This document shows positions 1 to 13,628 of a stretch of 64,000 nucleotides of DNA, piece by piece (within the stretch, counting starts at the first letter, position 1; each line of letters starts with the position of its first letter). Position numbers and translations under genes: made by a program. Below the pieces are notes generated by a model. The model saw only the letters and a program-made list of their open reading frames with translations. It ran no database searches and was not told where the DNA came from. The DNA is taken from assembly GCF_058153355.1 (NCBI RefSeq), contig NZ_CM177019.1. The stretch is one strand, 5' to 3'.

Positions 1-24
1 TTCGATGCGTCACGGCATAATCCG

Positions 25-85
<61 letters not shown>

Positions 86-160
86 CATGCCTGCAATCTG
101 GGAAACCGGGGTAGAAAAAAACTTGCAGGCCATAACAGTATCTACCAAAAGTAGCGAACC

Positions 161-197
161 GTAGGTCGGATAAGGCGCTCGCGCCGCATCCGACAAA
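161..197. repeat. REP-type extragenic palindrome
   Basis: gtaggtcggataaggcgctcgcgccgcatccgacaa, a GC-rich imperfect palindrome of the E. coli REP type just downstream of znuB. Confidence 0.6.
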
Positions 198-213
198 TGT
201 GTTCAGCGACAGA

Positions 214-999
214 TTAGCTGGCTTGCTTTTTCATCATACTGATAATAAATAACAGTGCCGCACATAGCACTACCGACGGACCCGCCGGCGTATCGTAAAA
301 TGCGGAAAAGGTTAAACCGCCAGTTACTGCCACCATTCCCACCAAAACAGCGACACCGGCCATCTGTTCCGGCGTGCGGGCAAAGCGACGCGCTGTAGCT
401 GCAGGAATAATCAGCAGCGAAGTAATAATCAACGCGCCGACAAATTTCATCGCTACACCAATCGTCAATGCTGTCACCAGCATCAACAACAATTTCACGC
501 GCTGTAATTTCACACCATCAACAAACGCCAGATCCGGGCTAATCGTCATTGACAGCAAATTGCGCCATTGCCAGAACAGAATCGCCACCACGATGACCAC
601 GCCAATCGCAATAGAGATGAGATCTTCTGGCGTCACTGCCAGCAAATCACCGAACAGGTAAGCCATCAAATCAACACGAATGTTAGACATCAGACTAACG
701 ACCACCAGGCCCAGCGACAGGGCACTGTGCGCCATAATCCCTAATAACGTGTCGATCGCCAGCTGTGGGCGCTTCTCCAGCCATACCAGACCGCCCGCCA
801 GCAGCAGCGTAACCGCAATCACCGCATAGAATGGATTAACGTCCAGCAACAAACCAAACGCGACGCCAAGTAACGAGGCATGAGCCAGTGTATCACCGAA
901 ATAAGACATACGACGCCAGACCACAAACGAACCCAGCGGACCCGCGGCACAGGCGAGCATGATCCCGGCTAACCAACCAGGAAATAATAATTCAATCAT
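214..999 (-). CDS. znuB: zinc ABC transporter permease ZnuB
   Basis: 261-aa polytopic membrane ORF; sequence and synteny (znuC upstream, divergent znuA) match E. coli ZnuB. Confidence 0.97.
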
Positions 1000-1751
1000 G
1001 AGCGATCATTTCCCCGACGCAAAACAATTCGTCCCTGTAAATCGTGACGATGATTATGATGATGGCGATAGATACCCAGTTGTTCAGCACCACGAGGACC
1101 AAACATAGAAATAAACTCCGGATGCAGGGAAACAACTTCCGGTGTGCCGGAACAACAAATGTGGTGATTCAGGCAAAGCACTTCATCGGTTTTTGCCATT
1201 ACCAGATGCAGATCGTGAGAGACCATTAAAACGCCACAATCCAGTTCGCGACGCAACTGGTCAATAAGGTCATATAACGCCACCTGACCATTCACATCCA
1301 CGCCCTGAGTGGGTTCATCCAGCACTAATAATTGCGGTCGATTTAACAATGCTCGCGCTAACAATACACGCTGTGTTTCGCCACCCGAGAGCTTTTGCAT
1401 CGGTGCGTTAATCAGATGCCCGGCCTGGACACGTTTCAGTGCAGGCAAAATATCTTCTTTATGTGTGCCAGGGCGTAAGCGTAAAAATCGATTTACGGTC
1501 AGTGGCAATGTGGTGTCGAGATACAGCTTCTGCGGTACGTAGCCGATGCGCAGTTTTCCGTTGCGCTTGATAACCCCTTCATCGGGTGTTACCAGTCCGA
1601 GCACTACCCGTACCAGTGTCGACTTACCTGCGCCATTTGGCCCAAGTAAAGTTAAAATTTTTCCAGGTTTAAGTTCCAGCGACACATCAGAGAGGACGCG
1701 GCGTTGGCCGAAAGAAACCGAGACATTTTCCAGGGAAACCAGACTTGTCAT
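996..1751 (-). CDS. znuC: zinc ABC transporter ATPase ZnuC
   Basis: 251 aa; Walker [10 protein letters not shown], signature LSGGE, Walker B LLVLDEP; 4-nt overlap with znuB. Confidence 0.97.
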
Positions 1752-1777
1752 GTTAATTTTAGTCTTGCAGTAGTCAT

Positions 1778-1800
1778 GAAATGTTATAATATCACACTTC
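1778..1800. promoter_or_regulatory. Zur operator in the znuA/znuCB divergent promoter region
   Basis: gaaatgttataatatcacacttc, an AT-rich near-palindrome matching the known Zur box between znuC and znuA. Confidence 0.7.
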
Positions 1801-1829
1801 TCATATTCATTACGATGATTGGTCGCATT

Positions 1830-2762
1830 ATGTTACATAAAAAAACGCTTCTTTTCGCAGCATTATCCGCCGCTCTCTGGGGGGGGGCAACACAGGCCGC
1901 AGATGCTGCCGTTGTCGCTTCGCTTAAACCCGTTGGGTTCATCGCTTCTGCCATTGCTGATGGGGTAACAGAAACGGAGGTTTTACTACCTGACGGCGCT
2001 TCAGAACATGATTATTCACTGCGTCCATCAGATGTAAAACGCTTACAGAACGCGGACTTAGTCGTTTGGGTTGGCCCGGAGATGGAAGCGTTCATGCAAA
2101 AACCGGTAAGTAAATTACCTGAAGCGAAACAGGTAACGATTGCGCAGCTAGAGAATGTGAAACCGCTGCTGATGAAAAGTATTCACGGCGATGATGATGA
2201 TCACGACCACGCGGAAAAAAGTGACGAAGATCACCATCACGGCGATTTCAACATGCATCTTTGGCTTTCCCCAGAGATAGCGCGGGCTACAGCGGTTGCA
2301 ATCCATGGAAAATTAGTGGAATTTATGCCGCAAAGTCGAGCCAAACTTGACGCCAACCTGAAGGATTTTGAGGCACAATTAGCCTCAACCGAAAAGCAGG
2401 TTGGTAACGAGCTCGCGCCGCTCAAGGGGAAAGGTTATTTCGTTTTTCACGATGCTTACGGCTATTTCGAAAAACAGTTCGGACTGACACCGCTTGGTCA
2501 TTTTACCGTTAACCCTGAGATTCAACCTGGCGCGCAGAGTTTACATGAAATAAGAACACAGTTGGTTGAGCAAAAAGCAACCTGCGTTTTTGCTGAGCCA
2601 CAGTTCAGGCCAGCGGTCGTTGAGAGCGTCGCTCGAGGGACATCCGTTCGTATGGGAACGTTGGATCCCCTGGGGACGAATATCAAACTGGGTAAAACAA
2701 GCTATTCAGAATTCCTGAATCAATTAGCCAACCAGTATGCGAGCTGCCTGAAAGGAGATTAA
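1830..2762 (+). CDS. znuA: periplasmic zinc-binding protein ZnuA
   Basis: Starts at [19 protein letters not shown] (signal peptide) and contains the His/Asp-rich loop [19 protein letters not shown]. The track ORF begins upstream at 1704; the internal ATG at 1830 gives the 310-aa K-12 length. Confidence 0.95.
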
Positions 2763-2777
2763 TGAGGAAGTGATTAC

Positions 2778-4100
2778 GTGCAACAGATAGCCCGCTCTGT
2801 CGCCCTGGCGTTTAATAATTTACCGCGACCACACCGCGTTATGTTGGGGTCGCTCACCGTTCTTACTCTGGCCGTCGCTGTCTGGCGGCCCTATGTTTAT
2901 CACCGCGATGCCACGCCAATTGTCAAAACCATTGAGCTGGAACAGAACGAAATTCGTTCGCTCTTACCTGAAGCCAGTGAGCCGATTGATCAAGCTGCAC
3001 AAGAAGATGAAGCCATTCCCCAGGATGAACTGGATGACAAAATCGCCGGTGAAGCGGGCGTGCATGAATATGTTGTTTCCACTGGCGATACGCTAAGCAG
3101 CATTCTCAATCAGTATGGTATTGATATGGGTGATATCACCCAACTGGCTGCTGCCGACAAAGAATTGCGTAACCTGAAAATCGGTCAACAACTTTCCTGG
3201 ACATTAACCGCGGACGGCGAATTGCAGCGCCTTACCTGGGAAGTATCTCGTCGGGAAACCCGAACCTATGACCGCACTGCCGCTAACGGTTTTAAAATGA
3301 CCAGCGAAATGCAGCAAGGGGAATGGGTTAACAATCTGCTGAAAGGTACCGTCGGAGGAAGTTTTGTTGCCAGCGCCAGAAACGCCGGTTTAAGCAGCGC
3401 CGAAGTGAGCGCTGTGATTAAAGCTATGCAGTGGCAAATGGACTTCCGCAAACTGAAAAAAGGCGATGAATTTGCGGTGTTAATGTCACGAGAAATGCTT
3501 GATGGCAAACGTGAGCAAAGTCAGCTGCTGGGCGTACGTTTGCGTTCAGAAGGTAAAGATTATTACGCAATCCGCGCTGAAGATGGCAAATTCTACGACC
3601 GTAACGGCACTGGTCTGGCGAAAGGATTCTTGCGATTCCCGACGGCGAAACAATTCCGTATCTCTTCTAACTTTAACCCGCGTCGTACTAACCCGGTGAC
3701 TGGTCGCGTTGCACCGCACAGAGGTGTTGATTTCGCCATGCCACAGGGTACGCCAGTACTTTCAGTGGGTGACGGTGAAGTGGTGGTTGCCAAACGCAGT
3801 GGCGCAGCAGGTTATTATGTGGCTATTCGTCATGGTCGTAGCTACACCACGCGTTATATGCACTTGCGTAAGATTCTGGTGAAACCAGGACAGAAGGTGA
3901 AACGTGGCGACCGTATCGCGCTTTCCGGTAATACCGGACGTTCAACCGGGCCGCATCTGCACTATGAAGTATGGATAAACCAGCAGGCCGTAAACCCGCT
4001 GACGGCAAAACTGCCGCGTACCGAAGGGCTGACCGGCTCCGATCGTCGCGAATTCCTGGCGCAGGCCAAAGAGATTGTGCCGCAGCTACGGTTTGATTAA
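2778..4100 (+). CDS. mepM: murein DD-endopeptidase MepM (YebA), LysM + M23 peptidase
   Basis: 440 aa, GTG start; M23 motifs HRGVDFA and HLHYEV; synteny after znuA. Confidence 0.95.
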   Translation: MQQIARSVALAFNNLPRPHRVMLGSLTVLTLAVAVWRPYVYHRDATPIVKTIELEQNEIRSLLPEASEPIDQAAQEDEAIPQDELDDKIAGEAGVHEYVVSTGDTLSSILNQYGIDMGDITQLAAADKELRNLKIGQQLSWTLTADGELQRLTWEVSRRETRTYDRTAANGFKMTSEMQQGEWVNNLLKGTVGGSFVASARNAGLSSAEVSAVIKAMQWQMDFRKLKKGDEFAVLMSREMLDGKREQSQLLGVRLRSEGKDYYAIRAEDGKFYDRNGTGLAKGFLRFPTAKQFRISSNFNPRRTNPVTGRVAPHRGVDFAMPQGTPVLSVGDGEVVVAKRSGAAGYYVAIRHGRSYTTRYMHLRKILVKPGQKVKRGDRIALSGNTGRSTGPHLHYEVWINQQAVNPLTAKLPRTEGLTGSDRREFLAQAKEIVPQLRFD

Positions 4101-4115
4101 TTAACATCCATTCGC

Positions 4116-4147
4116 AGCCGGTACGCAGTCAGTACCGGCTTTTTTTA
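4116..4147 (+). terminator. rho-independent terminator after mepM
   Basis: gccggtac-gcagtca-gtaccggc hairpin followed by a T-run. Confidence 0.8.
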
Positions 4148-4219
4148 TTTGGTGCGGGGCAAGTTGCGCCGCTACACTATCACCAGATTGATTTTTGCCT
4201 TATCCGAAACTGGAAAAGC

Positions 4220-5191
4220 ATGGAAACGAAAAAAAATAATAGCGAATACATTCCTGAGTTTGATAAATCCTTTCGCCATCCTCGCTACTGGGGAGCATGG
4301 CTGGGCGTAGCAGCGATGGCGGGTATCGCTTTAACACCGCCAAAGTTCCGCGATCCCATTCTGGCACGGCTGGGACGTTTTGCCGGACGACTGGGAAAAA
4401 GCTCACGCCGTCGTGCGTTAATCAATCTGTCGCTCTGCTTTCCAGAACGTAGTGAAGCCGAGCGCGAAGCGATTGTTGATGAGATGTTTGCCACCGCGCC
4501 GCAAGCGATGGCAATGATGGCTGAGTTGGCAATACGCGGGCCGGAGAAAATTCAGCCGCGCGTTGACTGGCAAGGGCTGGAGATCATCGAAGAGATGCGG
4601 CGTAATAACGAGAAAGTGATTTTTCTGGTGCCGCACGGCTGGGCCGTCGATATCCCGGCCATGCTGATGGCCTCGCAAGGGCAGAAAATGGCAGCGATGT
4701 TCCATAATCAGGGCAACCCGGTTTTTGATTATGTCTGGAACACGGTGCGTCGTCGCTTTGGCGGTCGTCTGCATGCGAGAAATGATGGTATTAAACCATT
4801 CATCCAGTCGATACGTCAGGGCTACTGGGGATATTATTTACCCGATCAGGATCATGGCCCCGAGCACAGCGAATTTGTTGATTTCTTTGCCACCTATAAA
4901 GCGACGTTGCCCGCGATTGGTCGTTTGATGAAAGTGTGTCGTGCGCGCGTTGTACCGCTGTTTCCGATTTATGATGGCAAGACGCATCGTCTGACGATTC
5001 AGGTGCGCCCACCGATGGATGATCTGTTAGAGGCGGATGACCATACGATTGCGCGGCGGATGAATGAAGAAGTCGAGATTTTTGTTGGTCCGCGACCAGA
5101 ACAATACACCTGGATATTAAAATTGCTGAAAACTCGCAAACCGGGCGAAATCCAACCGTATAAGCGCAAGGATCTTTATCCCATCAAATAA
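4220..5191 (+). CDS. lpxM: lipid A myristoyltransferase LpxM (MsbB)
   Basis: 323 aa, sequence matches E. coli LpxM, synteny. Confidence 0.95.
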   Translation: METKKNNSEYIPEFDKSFRHPRYWGAWLGVAAMAGIALTPPKFRDPILARLGRFAGRLGKSSRRRALINLSLCFPERSEAEREAIVDEMFATAPQAMAMMAELAIRGPEKIQPRVDWQGLEIIEEMRRNNEKVIFLVPHGWAVDIPAMLMASQGQKMAAMFHNQGNPVFDYVWNTVRRRFGGRLHARNDGIKPFIQSIRQGYWGYYLPDQDHGPEHSEFVDFFATYKATLPAIGRLMKVCRARVVPLFPIYDGKTHRLTIQVRPPMDDLLEADDHTIARRMNEEVEIFVGPRPEQYTWILKLLKTRKPGEIQPYKRKDLYPIK

Positions 5192-5281
5192 AAAAAGCCT
5201 CTCGCGAGGAGAGGCTTCCGCCGTGTGATAAGTTCAAGTTTGCTTCAGAAGATTCGAAATCTGTTGAACTATCATTGAACT

Positions 5282-5317
5282 GTAGGCCGGATGAGGCGTT
5301 TTCGCCGCATCCGGCAA
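5282..5317. repeat. REP element
   Basis: gtaggccggatgaggcgttttcgccgcatccggcaa between the convergent lpxM and pykA. Confidence 0.65.
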
Positions 5318-5322
5318 CGTAC

Positions 5323-6765
5323 TTACTCTACCGTTAAAATACGCGTGGTATTAGTAGAACCCACGGTACTCATCACGTCGCCTTGGGTGACAATCACTAG
5401 GTCACCAGACATCAAGTAACCTTTATCACGCAGCAGATTAACCGCTTCGCTGGCAGCTGCTACGCCGTCATTAGCGCTATCAAAGTGCACCGGCGTAACG
5501 CCACGATAGAGAGCAGTCAGATTCAGCGTACGTTCATGGCGCGACATAGCGAAAATCGGCAGACCGGAGCTGATACGGGAGGTCATCAGAGCGGTACGAC
5601 CCGATTCGGTCATAGTGATGATCGCCGTAACGCCTTTCAGGTGGTTAGCCGCGTACATTGCTGACATGGCGATAGCTTCTTCCACATTGTCGAACTGAAC
5701 GTCCAGACGGTGTTTAGAAACGTTGATGCTCGGGATTTTTTCCGCACCCAGGCAAACACGCGCCATGGCTGCAACGGTTTCTGAAGGATACTGACCAGCA
5801 GCAGTTTCTGCAGACAGCATCACAGCGTCAGTACCATCCAGAACGGCGTTTGCTACGTCCATGACTTCTGCACGGGTCGGCATTGGATTAGTAATCATTG
5901 ACTCCATCATCTGGGTCGCAGTGATTACCGCGCGGTTTAACTGACGTGCACGACGGATCAACGCTTTCTGAATGCCGACCAGTTCAGGGTCGCCAATTTC
6001 CACACCGAGGTCGCCACGTGCAACCATTACCACATCAGAGGCGAGGATAATGTCATCCATTGCATCCTGGCTGCAAACGGCTTCCGCACGTTCAACTTTG
6101 GCGACAATTTTTGCATCACAACCTGCGTCGCGAGCCAGGCGGCGTGCATAGTTCAGATCTTCGCCGCAGCGCGGGAAGGAAACAGCCAGATAATCTACGC
6201 CAATCAACGCCGCAGTCTTAATGTCTGCTTTGTCTTTTTCGGTCAGCGCTTCAGCCGACAAACCACCGCCGAGTTTGTTGATACCTTTATTGTTGGAGAG
6301 CGGACCGCCGACGGTCACTTCGGTGAACACTTTCATGCCCTGAACTTCCAGTACTTTTAACTGAACGCGACCATCGTCCAGCAGCAGGATGTCACTAGGC
6401 ACGACGTCAGCAGGCAGGCCTTTGTAGTCGATACCGACTTTTTCTTTATCGCCTTCACCTTTACCCAGGTTGGCGTCGAGCAGGAATTTATCCCCAATAT
6501 TGAGGAAAACTTTGCCTTCTTTAAAGGTGGATACACGGATTTTGGGCCCCTGGAGGTCACCCAGAATAGCCACATGACGCCCCAGTTTTGCGGCAATCTC
6601 ACGAACTTTATCCGCGCGCATTTTGTGATCTTCAGGAGAGCCGTGAGAAAAGTTCATCCGTACAACGTTTGCACCCGCAGCGATAACTTTCTCAAGGTTA
6701 TTATCGCGATCTGTTGCTGGGCCTAACGTGGTAACGATTTTTGTTCTGCGAAGCCTTCTGGACAT
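5323..6765 (-). CDS. pykA: pyruvate kinase II
   Basis: Start taken at [19 protein letters not shown] (480 aa). The track ORF has 8 extra N-terminal codons. Confidence 0.95.
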   Translation of the reverse strand: MSRRLRRTKIVTTLGPATDRDNNLEKVIAAGANVVRMNFSHGSPEDHKMRADKVREIAAKLGRHVAILGDLQGPKIRVSTFKEGKVFLNIGDKFLLDANLGKGEGDKEKVGIDYKGLPADVVPSDILLLDDGRVQLKVLEVQGMKVFTEVTVGGPLSNNKGINKLGGGLSAEALTEKDKADIKTAALIGVDYLAVSFPRCGEDLNYARRLARDAGCDAKIVAKVERAEAVCSQDAMDDIILASDVVMVARGDLGVEIGDPELVGIQKALIRRARQLNRAVITATQMMESMITNPMPTRAEVMDVANAVLDGTDAVMLSAETAAGQYPSETVAAMARVCLGAEKIPSINVSKHRLDVQFDNVEEAIAMSAMYAANHLKGVTAIITMTESGRTALMTSRISSGLPIFAMSRHERTLNLTALYRGVTPVHFDSANDGVAAASEAVNLLRDKGYLMSGDLVIVTQGDVMSTVGSTNTTRILTVE

Positions 6766-6892
6766 GTAATACTCCGTTGACTGAAACAACCAGGTGTTGC
6801 TTGAACATGAAATCCGAATGAAATAACGCCGTTATGGCGATAAAGTAATCTCATTCGGATGTCGTATAAGATTAGAACAGTGACAGTCGTTT

Positions 6893-7762
6893 TTAGCGAT
6901 CGTCACTTAAATTAAGTAACTGCTTATCAAAACGCGATTCCTTCAGCGCTTCCTTGACCCGCTTCAAGTTATCTCTGAATTTTGCACCGCGTCGCAAAGT
7001 AAAACCTGTTGCCAGCACATCTATCACGGTCAGCTGTGCAAGTCGAGAAACCATGGGCATATAAATGTCAGTATCTTCCGGTACATCGAGGGTAATTGCT
7101 AGCGTTGCTTCTCGGGCAAGCGGGGTACCCGCAGAGGTGAGGGCAATCACCATGGCGTCGTTTTCCCGTGCCAACTGCGCCAACTCGACCAGATTTTTTG
7201 TTCTTCCAGTGTGAGAAATCAGCACCACCACGTCTCCGTCGCTACAATTCATACAACTCATGCGTTGCAGCACGATATCATCGGAGTACACCACCGGAAC
7301 ATTAAAACGAAAGAACTTATTCATCGCATCGTGGGCAACGGCGGCAGAAGAGCCTAATCCAAAAAACGCGATTTTTTTGGCCTGAGTGAGCAAGTCGACG
7401 GCGCGGTTAACGGCAGATTTATCCAGTGAATGACGGACATGATCGAGCGTCGCCATTGCCGACTCAAATATTTTTCCCGTGTATGATTCAACGCTGTCAT
7501 CTTCATTGACGTTGCGATTAACATAGGGGGTGCCATTCGCCAGACTTTGTGCCAGATGCAGTTTAAAATCAGGAAAACCGCGCGTGTCCATACTGCGACA
7601 GAAACGATTCACCGTCGGTTCACTAACATTGGCCTCCAGCGCCAGAGCAGCAATACTCGAATGGATCGCGTTATCGGGCGAAGCCAGAATGACCTCGGCA
7701 ACTTTGCGCTCTGATTTGCTCAAATGTTCCAGCTGAGACTGGATTTTTTCCAGCATATTCAT
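6893..7762 (-). CDS. hexR: RpiR-family regulator HexR (YebK)
   Basis: 289 aa, N-terminal HTH plus SIS domain, divergent from zwf as in E. coli. Confidence 0.9.
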   Translation of the reverse strand: MNMLEKIQSQLEHLSKSERKVAEVILASPDNAIHSSIAALALEANVSEPTVNRFCRSMDTRGFPDFKLHLAQSLANGTPYVNRNVNEDDSVESYTGKIFESAMATLDHVRHSLDKSAVNRAVDLLTQAKKIAFFGLGSSAAVAHDAMNKFFRFNVPVVYSDDIVLQRMSCMNCSDGDVVVLISHTGRTKNLVELAQLARENDAMVIALTSAGTPLAREATLAITLDVPEDTDIYMPMVSRLAQLTVIDVLATGFTLRRGAKFRDNLKRVKEALKESRFDKQLLNLSDDR

Positions 7763-8099
7763 GATGTAAAGAGACTCACGGGTAATGACGATTTCCGCAC
7801 TGAAAGAAATCGAAATGCAGTTTTGACAGATATTACGCCTGTGCGCTGTGTTAATGACAAAAGCAGATAAAAAAGTTGTTATTTTTTTTCATAACATGAT
7901 CAGTGTCAGATTTTTACCCAATGGAAAACGATGATTTTTTTATCAGTTTTGCCGCACTTTGCGCGCTTTTACTGTAATCGCACGGGTGGATAAGCGTTTA
8001 CAGTTTTCGCAAGCTCGTAAAAGCAGTACAGTGCACCGTAAGAAAATTACAAGTATACCCTGGCTTAAGTACCGGGTTAGTTAACTTAAGGAGAATGAC

Positions 8100-9575
8100 A
8101 TGGCGGTAACGCAAACAGCCCAGGCCTGTGACCTGGTCATTTTCGGCGCGAAAGGCGACCTTGCGCGTCGTAAATTGCTGCCTTCCCTGTATCAACTGGA
8201 AAAAGCCAGTCAGCTCAACCCGGACACCCGGATTATCGGCGTAGGGCGTGCTGACTGGGATAAAGCGGCTTATACCAAAGTTGTCCGCGAGGCGCTCGAA
8301 ACTTTCATGAAAGAAACCATTGATGAAGGTTTATGGGATACCCTGAGTGCACGTCTGGATTTTTGTAATCTCGATGTCAATGACACAGCTGCATTCAGCC
8401 GTCTCGGTGCGATGCTGGATCAAAAAAATCGTATCACCATTAACTACTTTGCCATGCCGCCCAGCACTTTTGGTGCAATCTGCAAAGGGCTTGGCGAGGC
8501 AAAACTGAATGCTAAACCGGCACGCGTAGTCATGGAGAAACCGCTGGGGACGTCGCTGGCGACCTCGCAGGAAATCAATGATCAGGTTGGCGAATACTTT
8601 GAGGAGTGCCAGGTTTACCGTATCGACCACTATCTTGGTAAAGAAACGGTGCTGAACCTGTTGGCGCTGCGTTTTGCTAACTCCCTGTTTGTGAATAACT
8701 GGGACAATCGCACCATTGATCATGTTGAGATTACCGTGGCAGAAGAAGTGGGGATCGAAGGGCGCTGGGGCTATTTTGATAAAGCCGGTCAGATGCGCGA
8801 CATGATCCAGAACCACCTGCTGCAAATTCTTTGCATGATTGCGATGTCTCCGCCGTCTGACCTGAGTGCAGACAGCATCCGCGATGAAAAAGTGAAAGTA
8901 CTGAAGTCTCTGCGCCGCATTGACCGCTCCAACGTGCGCGAAAAAACCGTACGCGGGCAATATACTGCGGGCTTCGCCCAGGGCAAAAAAGTGCCGGGAT
9001 ATCTGGAAGAAGAGGGCGCGAACAAGAGCAGCAATACGGAAACCTTCGTGGCGATTCGCGTCGATATTGATAACTGGCGCTGGGCCGGTGTGCCATTCTA
9101 CCTGCGTACTGGTAAACGTCTGCCGACCAAATGTTCTGAAGTTGTGGTCTATTTCAAAACACCTGAACTGAATCTGTTCAAAGAGTCGTGGCAGGATTTG
9201 CCTCAGAATAAACTGACTATCCGTCTACAACCTGATGAAGGCGTGGATATCCAGGTACTGAATAAAGTTCCTGGCCTTGACCACAAACATAACCTGCAAA
9301 TCACCAAGCTGGATTTGAGCTATTCAGAAACCTTTAATCAGACGCATTTAGCAGATGCCTATGAACGTCTGCTGCTGGAAACCATGCGCGGTATTCAGGC
9401 ACTGTTTGTACGTCGTGATGAAGTAGAAGAAGCCTGGAAATGGGTGGACTCCATTACTGAGGCGTGGGCGATGGACAATGATGCGCCGAAACCGTATCAG
9501 GCCGGAACCTGGGGACCGGTTGCCTCGGTGGCGATGATTACTCGTGATGGCCGTTCCTGGAATGAGTTTGAGTAA
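8100..9575 (+). CDS. zwf: glucose-6-phosphate 1-dehydrogenase
   Basis: 491 aa; motifs [11 protein letters not shown] and RIDHYLGKE. Confidence 0.97.
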   Translation: MAVTQTAQACDLVIFGAKGDLARRKLLPSLYQLEKASQLNPDTRIIGVGRADWDKAAYTKVVREALETFMKETIDEGLWDTLSARLDFCNLDVNDTAAFSRLGAMLDQKNRITINYFAMPPSTFGAICKGLGEAKLNAKPARVVMEKPLGTSLATSQEINDQVGEYFEECQVYRIDHYLGKETVLNLLALRFANSLFVNNWDNRTIDHVEITVAEEVGIEGRWGYFDKAGQMRDMIQNHLLQILCMIAMSPPSDLSADSIRDEKVKVLKSLRRIDRSNVREKTVRGQYTAGFAQGKKVPGYLEEEGANKSSNTETFVAIRVDIDNWRWAGVPFYLRTGKRLPTKCSEVVVYFKTPELNLFKESWQDLPQNKLTIRLQPDEGVDIQVLNKVPGLDHKHNLQITKLDLSYSETFNQTHLADAYERLLLETMRGIQALFVRRDEVEEAWKWVDSITEAWAMDNDAPKPYQAGTWGPVASVAMITRDGRSWNEFE

Positions 9576-9654
9576 TATCTGCACTCATCCTTTATGGTTA
9601 TTTTACCGGTAACATGATCTTGCACAGATTGTAGAACAATTTTTACACTTTCAG

Positions 9655-9687
9655 GCCTCGTGTGGATTCACCCACGAGGCTTTTTTT
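9655..9687 (+). terminator. zwf terminator
   Basis: gcctcgtgtgg-attca-cccacgaggc followed by ttttttt. Confidence 0.85.
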
Positions 9688-9809
9688 ATTACACTGACTG
9701 AAACGTTTTTGCCCTATGAGCTCCGGTTACAGGCGTTTCAGTCATAAATCCTCTGAATGAAACGCGTTGTGAATCATCCTGCTCTGACAACTCAATTTCA
9801 GGAGCCTTT

Positions 9810-11621
9810 ATGAATCCACAATTGTTACGCGTAACAAATCGAATCATTGAACGTTCGCGCGAGACTCGCTCTGCTTACCTCGCCCGGATAGAACAAGCGA
9901 AAACTTCGACCGTTCATCGTTCGCAGTTGGCATGTGGTAACCTGGCACACGGTTTCGCTGCCTGCCAGCCAGAAGACAAAGCCTCTTTGAAAAGCATGTT
10001 GCGTAACAATATCGCCATCATCACTTCCTATAACGACATGCTCTCCGCACACCAGCCTTATGAACACTATCCAGAAATCATTCGTAAAGCCCTGCATGAA
10101 GCGAATGCGGTTGGTCAGGTTGCGGGCGGTGTTCCGGCGATGTGTGATGGTGTCACCCAGGGGCAGGATGGAATGGAATTGTCGCTGTTAAGCCGCGAAG
10201 TGATTGCGATGTCTGCGGCGGTGGGGCTGTCCCATAACATGTTTGATGGTGCGCTGTTCCTCGGTGTGTGCGACAAGATTGTCCCGGGTCTGACGATGGC
10301 AGCCCTGTCGTTTGGGCATTTGCCTGCGGTGTTTGTGCCGTCAGGTCCGATGGCAAGCGGTTTGCCAAATAAAGAAAAAGTGCGGATTCGCCAGCTTTAT
10401 GCTGAAGGTAAAGTGGACCGCATGGCGCTGCTGGAGTCAGAAGCTGCGTCTTATCATGCTCCAGGGACATGTACTTTCTACGGTACCGCCAATACGAATC
10501 AGATGGTGGTGGAGTTTATGGGGATGCAGTTGCCGGGCTCTTCTTTTGTTCATCCGGATTCTCCGCTGCGCGATGCTTTGACCGCTGCCGCTGCGCGCCA
10601 GGTTACACGCATGACCGGCAATGGTAATGAATGGATGCCGATCGGTAAGATGATCGATGAGAAAGTGGTGGTGAACGGTATCGTTGCACTGCTGGCGACC
10701 GGTGGTTCCACTAACCACACCATGCACCTGGTGGCGATGGCGCGCGCGGCTGGTATTCAGATTAACTGGGATGACTTCTCTGACCTTTCTGATGTTGTAC
10801 CGCTGATGGCACGTCTCTACCCGAACGGTCCGGCCGATATTAACCACTTCCAGGCGGCAGGTGGCGTACCGGTTCTGGTGCGTGAACTGCTCAAAGCAGG
10901 CCTGCTGCATGAAGATGTCAATACGGTGGCAGGCTTTGGTCTGTCTCGTTATACCCTTGAACCATGGCTGAATAATGGTGAACTGGACTGGCGGGAAGGG
11001 GCGGAAAAATCACTCGACAGCAATGTGATCGCTTCCTTCGAACAACCTTTCTCTCATCATGGTGGGACAAAAGTGTTAAGCGGTAACCTGGGCCGCGCGG
11101 TTATGAAAACCTCTGCCGTGCCGGTTGAGAACCAGGTGATTGAAGCGCCTGCGGTTGTTTTTGAAAGCCAGCATGACGTTATGCCGGCCTTTGAAGCGGG
11201 TTTGCTGGACCGCGATTGTGTCGTTGTTGTCCGTCATCAGGGGCCAAAAGCGAACGGAATGCCAGAATTACATAAACTCATGCCGCCACTTGGTGTATTA
11301 TTGGACCGGTGTTTCAAAATTGCGTTAGTTACCGATGGACGACTCTCCGGCGCTTCAGGTAAAGTGCCGTCAGCTATCCACGTAACACCAGAAGCCTACG
11401 ATGGCGGGCTGCTGGCAAAAGTGCGCGACGGGGACATCATTCGTGTGAATGGACAGACAGGCGAACTGACGCTGCTGGTAGACGAAGCGGAACTGGCTGC
11501 TCGCGAACCACACATTCCTGACCTGAGCGCGTCACGCGTGGGAACAGGACGTGAATTATTCAGCGCCTTGCGCGAAAAACTGTCCGGTGCCGAACAGGGC
11601 GCAACCTGTATCACTTTTTAA
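9810..11621 (+). CDS. edd: phosphogluconate dehydratase (Entner-Doudoroff)
   Basis: 603 aa, IlvD/Edd family, followed by eda. Confidence 0.97.
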   Translation: MNPQLLRVTNRIIERSRETRSAYLARIEQAKTSTVHRSQLACGNLAHGFAACQPEDKASLKSMLRNNIAIITSYNDMLSAHQPYEHYPEIIRKALHEANAVGQVAGGVPAMCDGVTQGQDGMELSLLSREVIAMSAAVGLSHNMFDGALFLGVCDKIVPGLTMAALSFGHLPAVFVPSGPMASGLPNKEKVRIRQLYAEGKVDRMALLESEAASYHAPGTCTFYGTANTNQMVVEFMGMQLPGSSFVHPDSPLRDALTAAAARQVTRMTGNGNEWMPIGKMIDEKVVVNGIVALLATGGSTNHTMHLVAMARAAGIQINWDDFSDLSDVVPLMARLYPNGPADINHFQAAGGVPVLVRELLKAGLLHEDVNTVAGFGLSRYTLEPWLNNGELDWREGAEKSLDSNVIASFEQPFSHHGGTKVLSGNLGRAVMKTSAVPVENQVIEAPAVVFESQHDVMPAFEAGLLDRDCVVVVRHQGPKANGMPELHKLMPPLGVLLDRCFKIALVTDGRLSGASGKVPSAIHVTPEAYDGGLLAKVRDGDIIRVNGQTGELTLLVDEAELAAREPHIPDLSASRVGTGRELFSALREKLSGAEQGATCITF

Positions 11622-11657
11622 GACGACAAATTTGTAATCAGGCGAGAGAAAACTCTG

Positions 11658-12299
11658 ATGAAAAACTGGAAAACAAGTGCAGAATCAATCCTGACCACCG
11701 GCCCGGTTGTACCGGTTATCGTGGTAAAAAAACTGGAACACGCGGTGCCGATGGCAAAAGCGTTGGTTGCTGGTGGGGTGCGCGTTCTGGAAGTGACTCT
11801 GCGTACCGAGTGTGCAGTTGACGCTATCCGTGCTATTGCCAAAGAAGTGCCTGAAGCGATTGTGGGTGCCGGTACGGTGCTGAATCCACAGCAGCTTGCA
11901 GAAGTCACCGAAGCGGGTGCACAGTTCGCAATTAGCCCGGGTCTGATCGAGCCGCTGCTGAAAGCTGCTACCGAAGGGACTATTCCTCTGATTCCGGGGA
12001 TCAGCACTGTTTCCGAACTGATGCTGGGTATGGACTACGGTTTGAAAGAGTTCAAATTCTTCCCGGCTGAAGCTAACGGCGGCGTGAAAGCCCTGCAGGC
12101 GATCGCGGGTCCGTTCTCCCAGGTCCGTTTCTGCCCGACAGGTGGTATTTCTCCGGCTAACTACCGTGACTACCTGGCGCTGAAAAGCGTGCTCTGCATC
12201 GGTGGTTCCTGGCTGGTTCCGGCAGATGCGCTGGAAGCGGGCGATTACGACCGCATTACTAAGCTGGCGCGTGAAGCTGTAGAAGGCGCTAAGCTATAA
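11658..12299 (+). CDS. eda: KHG/KDPG aldolase
   Basis: 213 aa, matches E. coli Eda. Confidence 0.97.
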   Translation: MKNWKTSAESILTTGPVVPVIVVKKLEHAVPMAKALVAGGVRVLEVTLRTECAVDAIRAIAKEVPEAIVGAGTVLNPQQLAEVTEAGAQFAISPGLIEPLLKAATEGTIPLIPGISTVSELMLGMDYGLKEFKFFPAEANGGVKALQAIAGPFSQVRFCPTGGISPANYRDYLALKSVLCIGGSWLVPADALEAGDYDRITKLAREAVEGAKL

Positions 12300-12305
12300 A
12301 AGTCA

Positions 12306-12334
12306 AAATGCCCGATCGTGAATCGGGCATTTTT
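12306..12334. terminator. bidirectional terminator between eda and purT
   Basis: aatgcccgat-cgtg-atcgggcatt flanked by an A-run and a T-run. Confidence 0.8.
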
Positions 12335-12353
12335 GTAGCGTTTTTCGCCGGGG

Positions 12354-13532
12354 TTAAGCTTGTACTTTTACCTGTGCTGCGGCGTGCTTTGCGCGCTCAA
12401 TCGCTTCATCAACGCTCTCAGCGGTCGCCAGCGCTACACCCAGACGACGGCTGCCATCAATTTCCGGCTTACCAAATAAACGAATCTGCAAACCTGCCCC
12501 TACGGCATTCTGCACATTATCAAACGTGACATTCTGACTGGTCAGTTGTGGCAGGATAACGGCAGAAGCTGCAGGGCCATACTGGCGGATCCCGCCAACC
12601 GGAAGTCCGAGGAAAGCACGCACATGCAGGGCAAATTCCGAGAGATCCTGAGAAATTAACGTCACCATCCCGGTATCATGTGGGCGAGGGGAGACCTCAC
12701 TGAAAATCACCTCATCACCACAGACAAACAGCTCGACACCAAACAGCCCATAACCGCCCAGTGCCAGCACCACTTTACGGGCAATCTCTTGCGCACGTTC
12801 CAAAGCCAGCTGGCTCATTTGCTGTGGTTGCCAGGATTCACGATAGTCGCCATCTTCCTGGCGATGACCTACCGGTGCACAGAAATGGACGCCATCCACC
12901 GCGCTGACGGTTAGCAGGGTAATTTCGAAATCAAACTTAACGACGCCTTCAACAATTACGCGGCCCGCTCCGGCGCGTCCACCTTGCTGAGCGTATTCCC
13001 ACGCATGTGTAAGCTGCTCGGCGGAACGAATAAACGTCTGCCCTTTGCCGGAAGAGCTCATTACCGGTTTAACTATGCAGGGATAGCCAATAGCGGCAAC
13101 TGCTTCGCGGAAAAGACTTTCGCTATCGGCAAAACGATAAGTTGAAGTGGGTAGCTGCAGTTCTTCTGCCGCCAGGCGACGGATACCCTCGCGATTCATC
13201 GTTAATTTCGTTGCGCGAGCGCAGGGGACAACATTCCGTCCTTCCTTTTCAAGCTGGATCAGCATATCGGTGGCAATAGCTTCGATCTCCGGCACGATAT
13301 AATGTGGTTTTTCCAGTTCAACCACACGGCGTAATGCATCACCATCAAGCATATTAATGACATGGGAGCGATGCGCGACATGCATAGCTGGCGCGTCGGT
13401 ATAGCGATCGACGGCAATCACCTCTACGCCGAGACGCTGACACTCGATGGCCACTTCTTTACCCAGTTCACCGGAGCCTAATAACATCACGCGAGTTGCT
13501 GCCGGACGCAGCGCAGTGCCTAATAACGTCAT
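12354..13532 (-). CDS. purT: formate-dependent GAR transformylase
   Basis: 392 aa, ATP-grasp fold, matches E. coli PurT. Confidence 0.97.
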   Translation of the reverse strand: MTLLGTALRPAATRVMLLGSGELGKEVAIECQRLGVEVIAVDRYTDAPAMHVAHRSHVINMLDGDALRRVVELEKPHYIVPEIEAIATDMLIQLEKEGRNVVPCARATKLTMNREGIRRLAAEELQLPTSTYRFADSESLFREAVAAIGYPCIVKPVMSSSGKGQTFIRSAEQLTHAWEYAQQGGRAGAGRVIVEGVVKFDFEITLLTVSAVDGVHFCAPVGHRQEDGDYRESWQPQQMSQLALERAQEIARKVVLALGGYGLFGVELFVCGDEVIFSEVSPRPHDTGMVTLISQDLSEFALHVRAFLGLPVGGIRQYGPAASAVILPQLTSQNVTFDNVQNAVGAGLQIRLFGKPEIDGSRRLGVALATAESVDEAIERAKHAAAQVKVQA

Positions 13533-13568
13533 AACGAATATCCCCTGATTAATTCCGCGCGCAGTATA

Positions 13569-13584
13569 AACGAAAACGTTTGCG
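13569..13584. promoter_or_regulatory. PurR operator upstream of purT
   Basis: acgaaaacgtttgcgc; read on the purT strand this is gcgcaaacgttttcgt, matching the PurR box core. Confidence 0.6.
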
Positions 13585-13628
13585 CGTGTCTTTATTGTTG
13601 ATGTTGATTTCCCAATCGAGAAGAAATA

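Noticed and set aside
374-661. 95-aa ORF antisense to znuB, and many similar antisense or alternate-frame ORFs inside znuC, mepM, lpxM, pykA, hexR, zwf, edd, purT, ptrB, exoX and yobB
   Set aside because: They lie entirely within well-supported conserved genes on the other strand or frame, and have skewed, low-complexity composition and no ribosome-binding sites.
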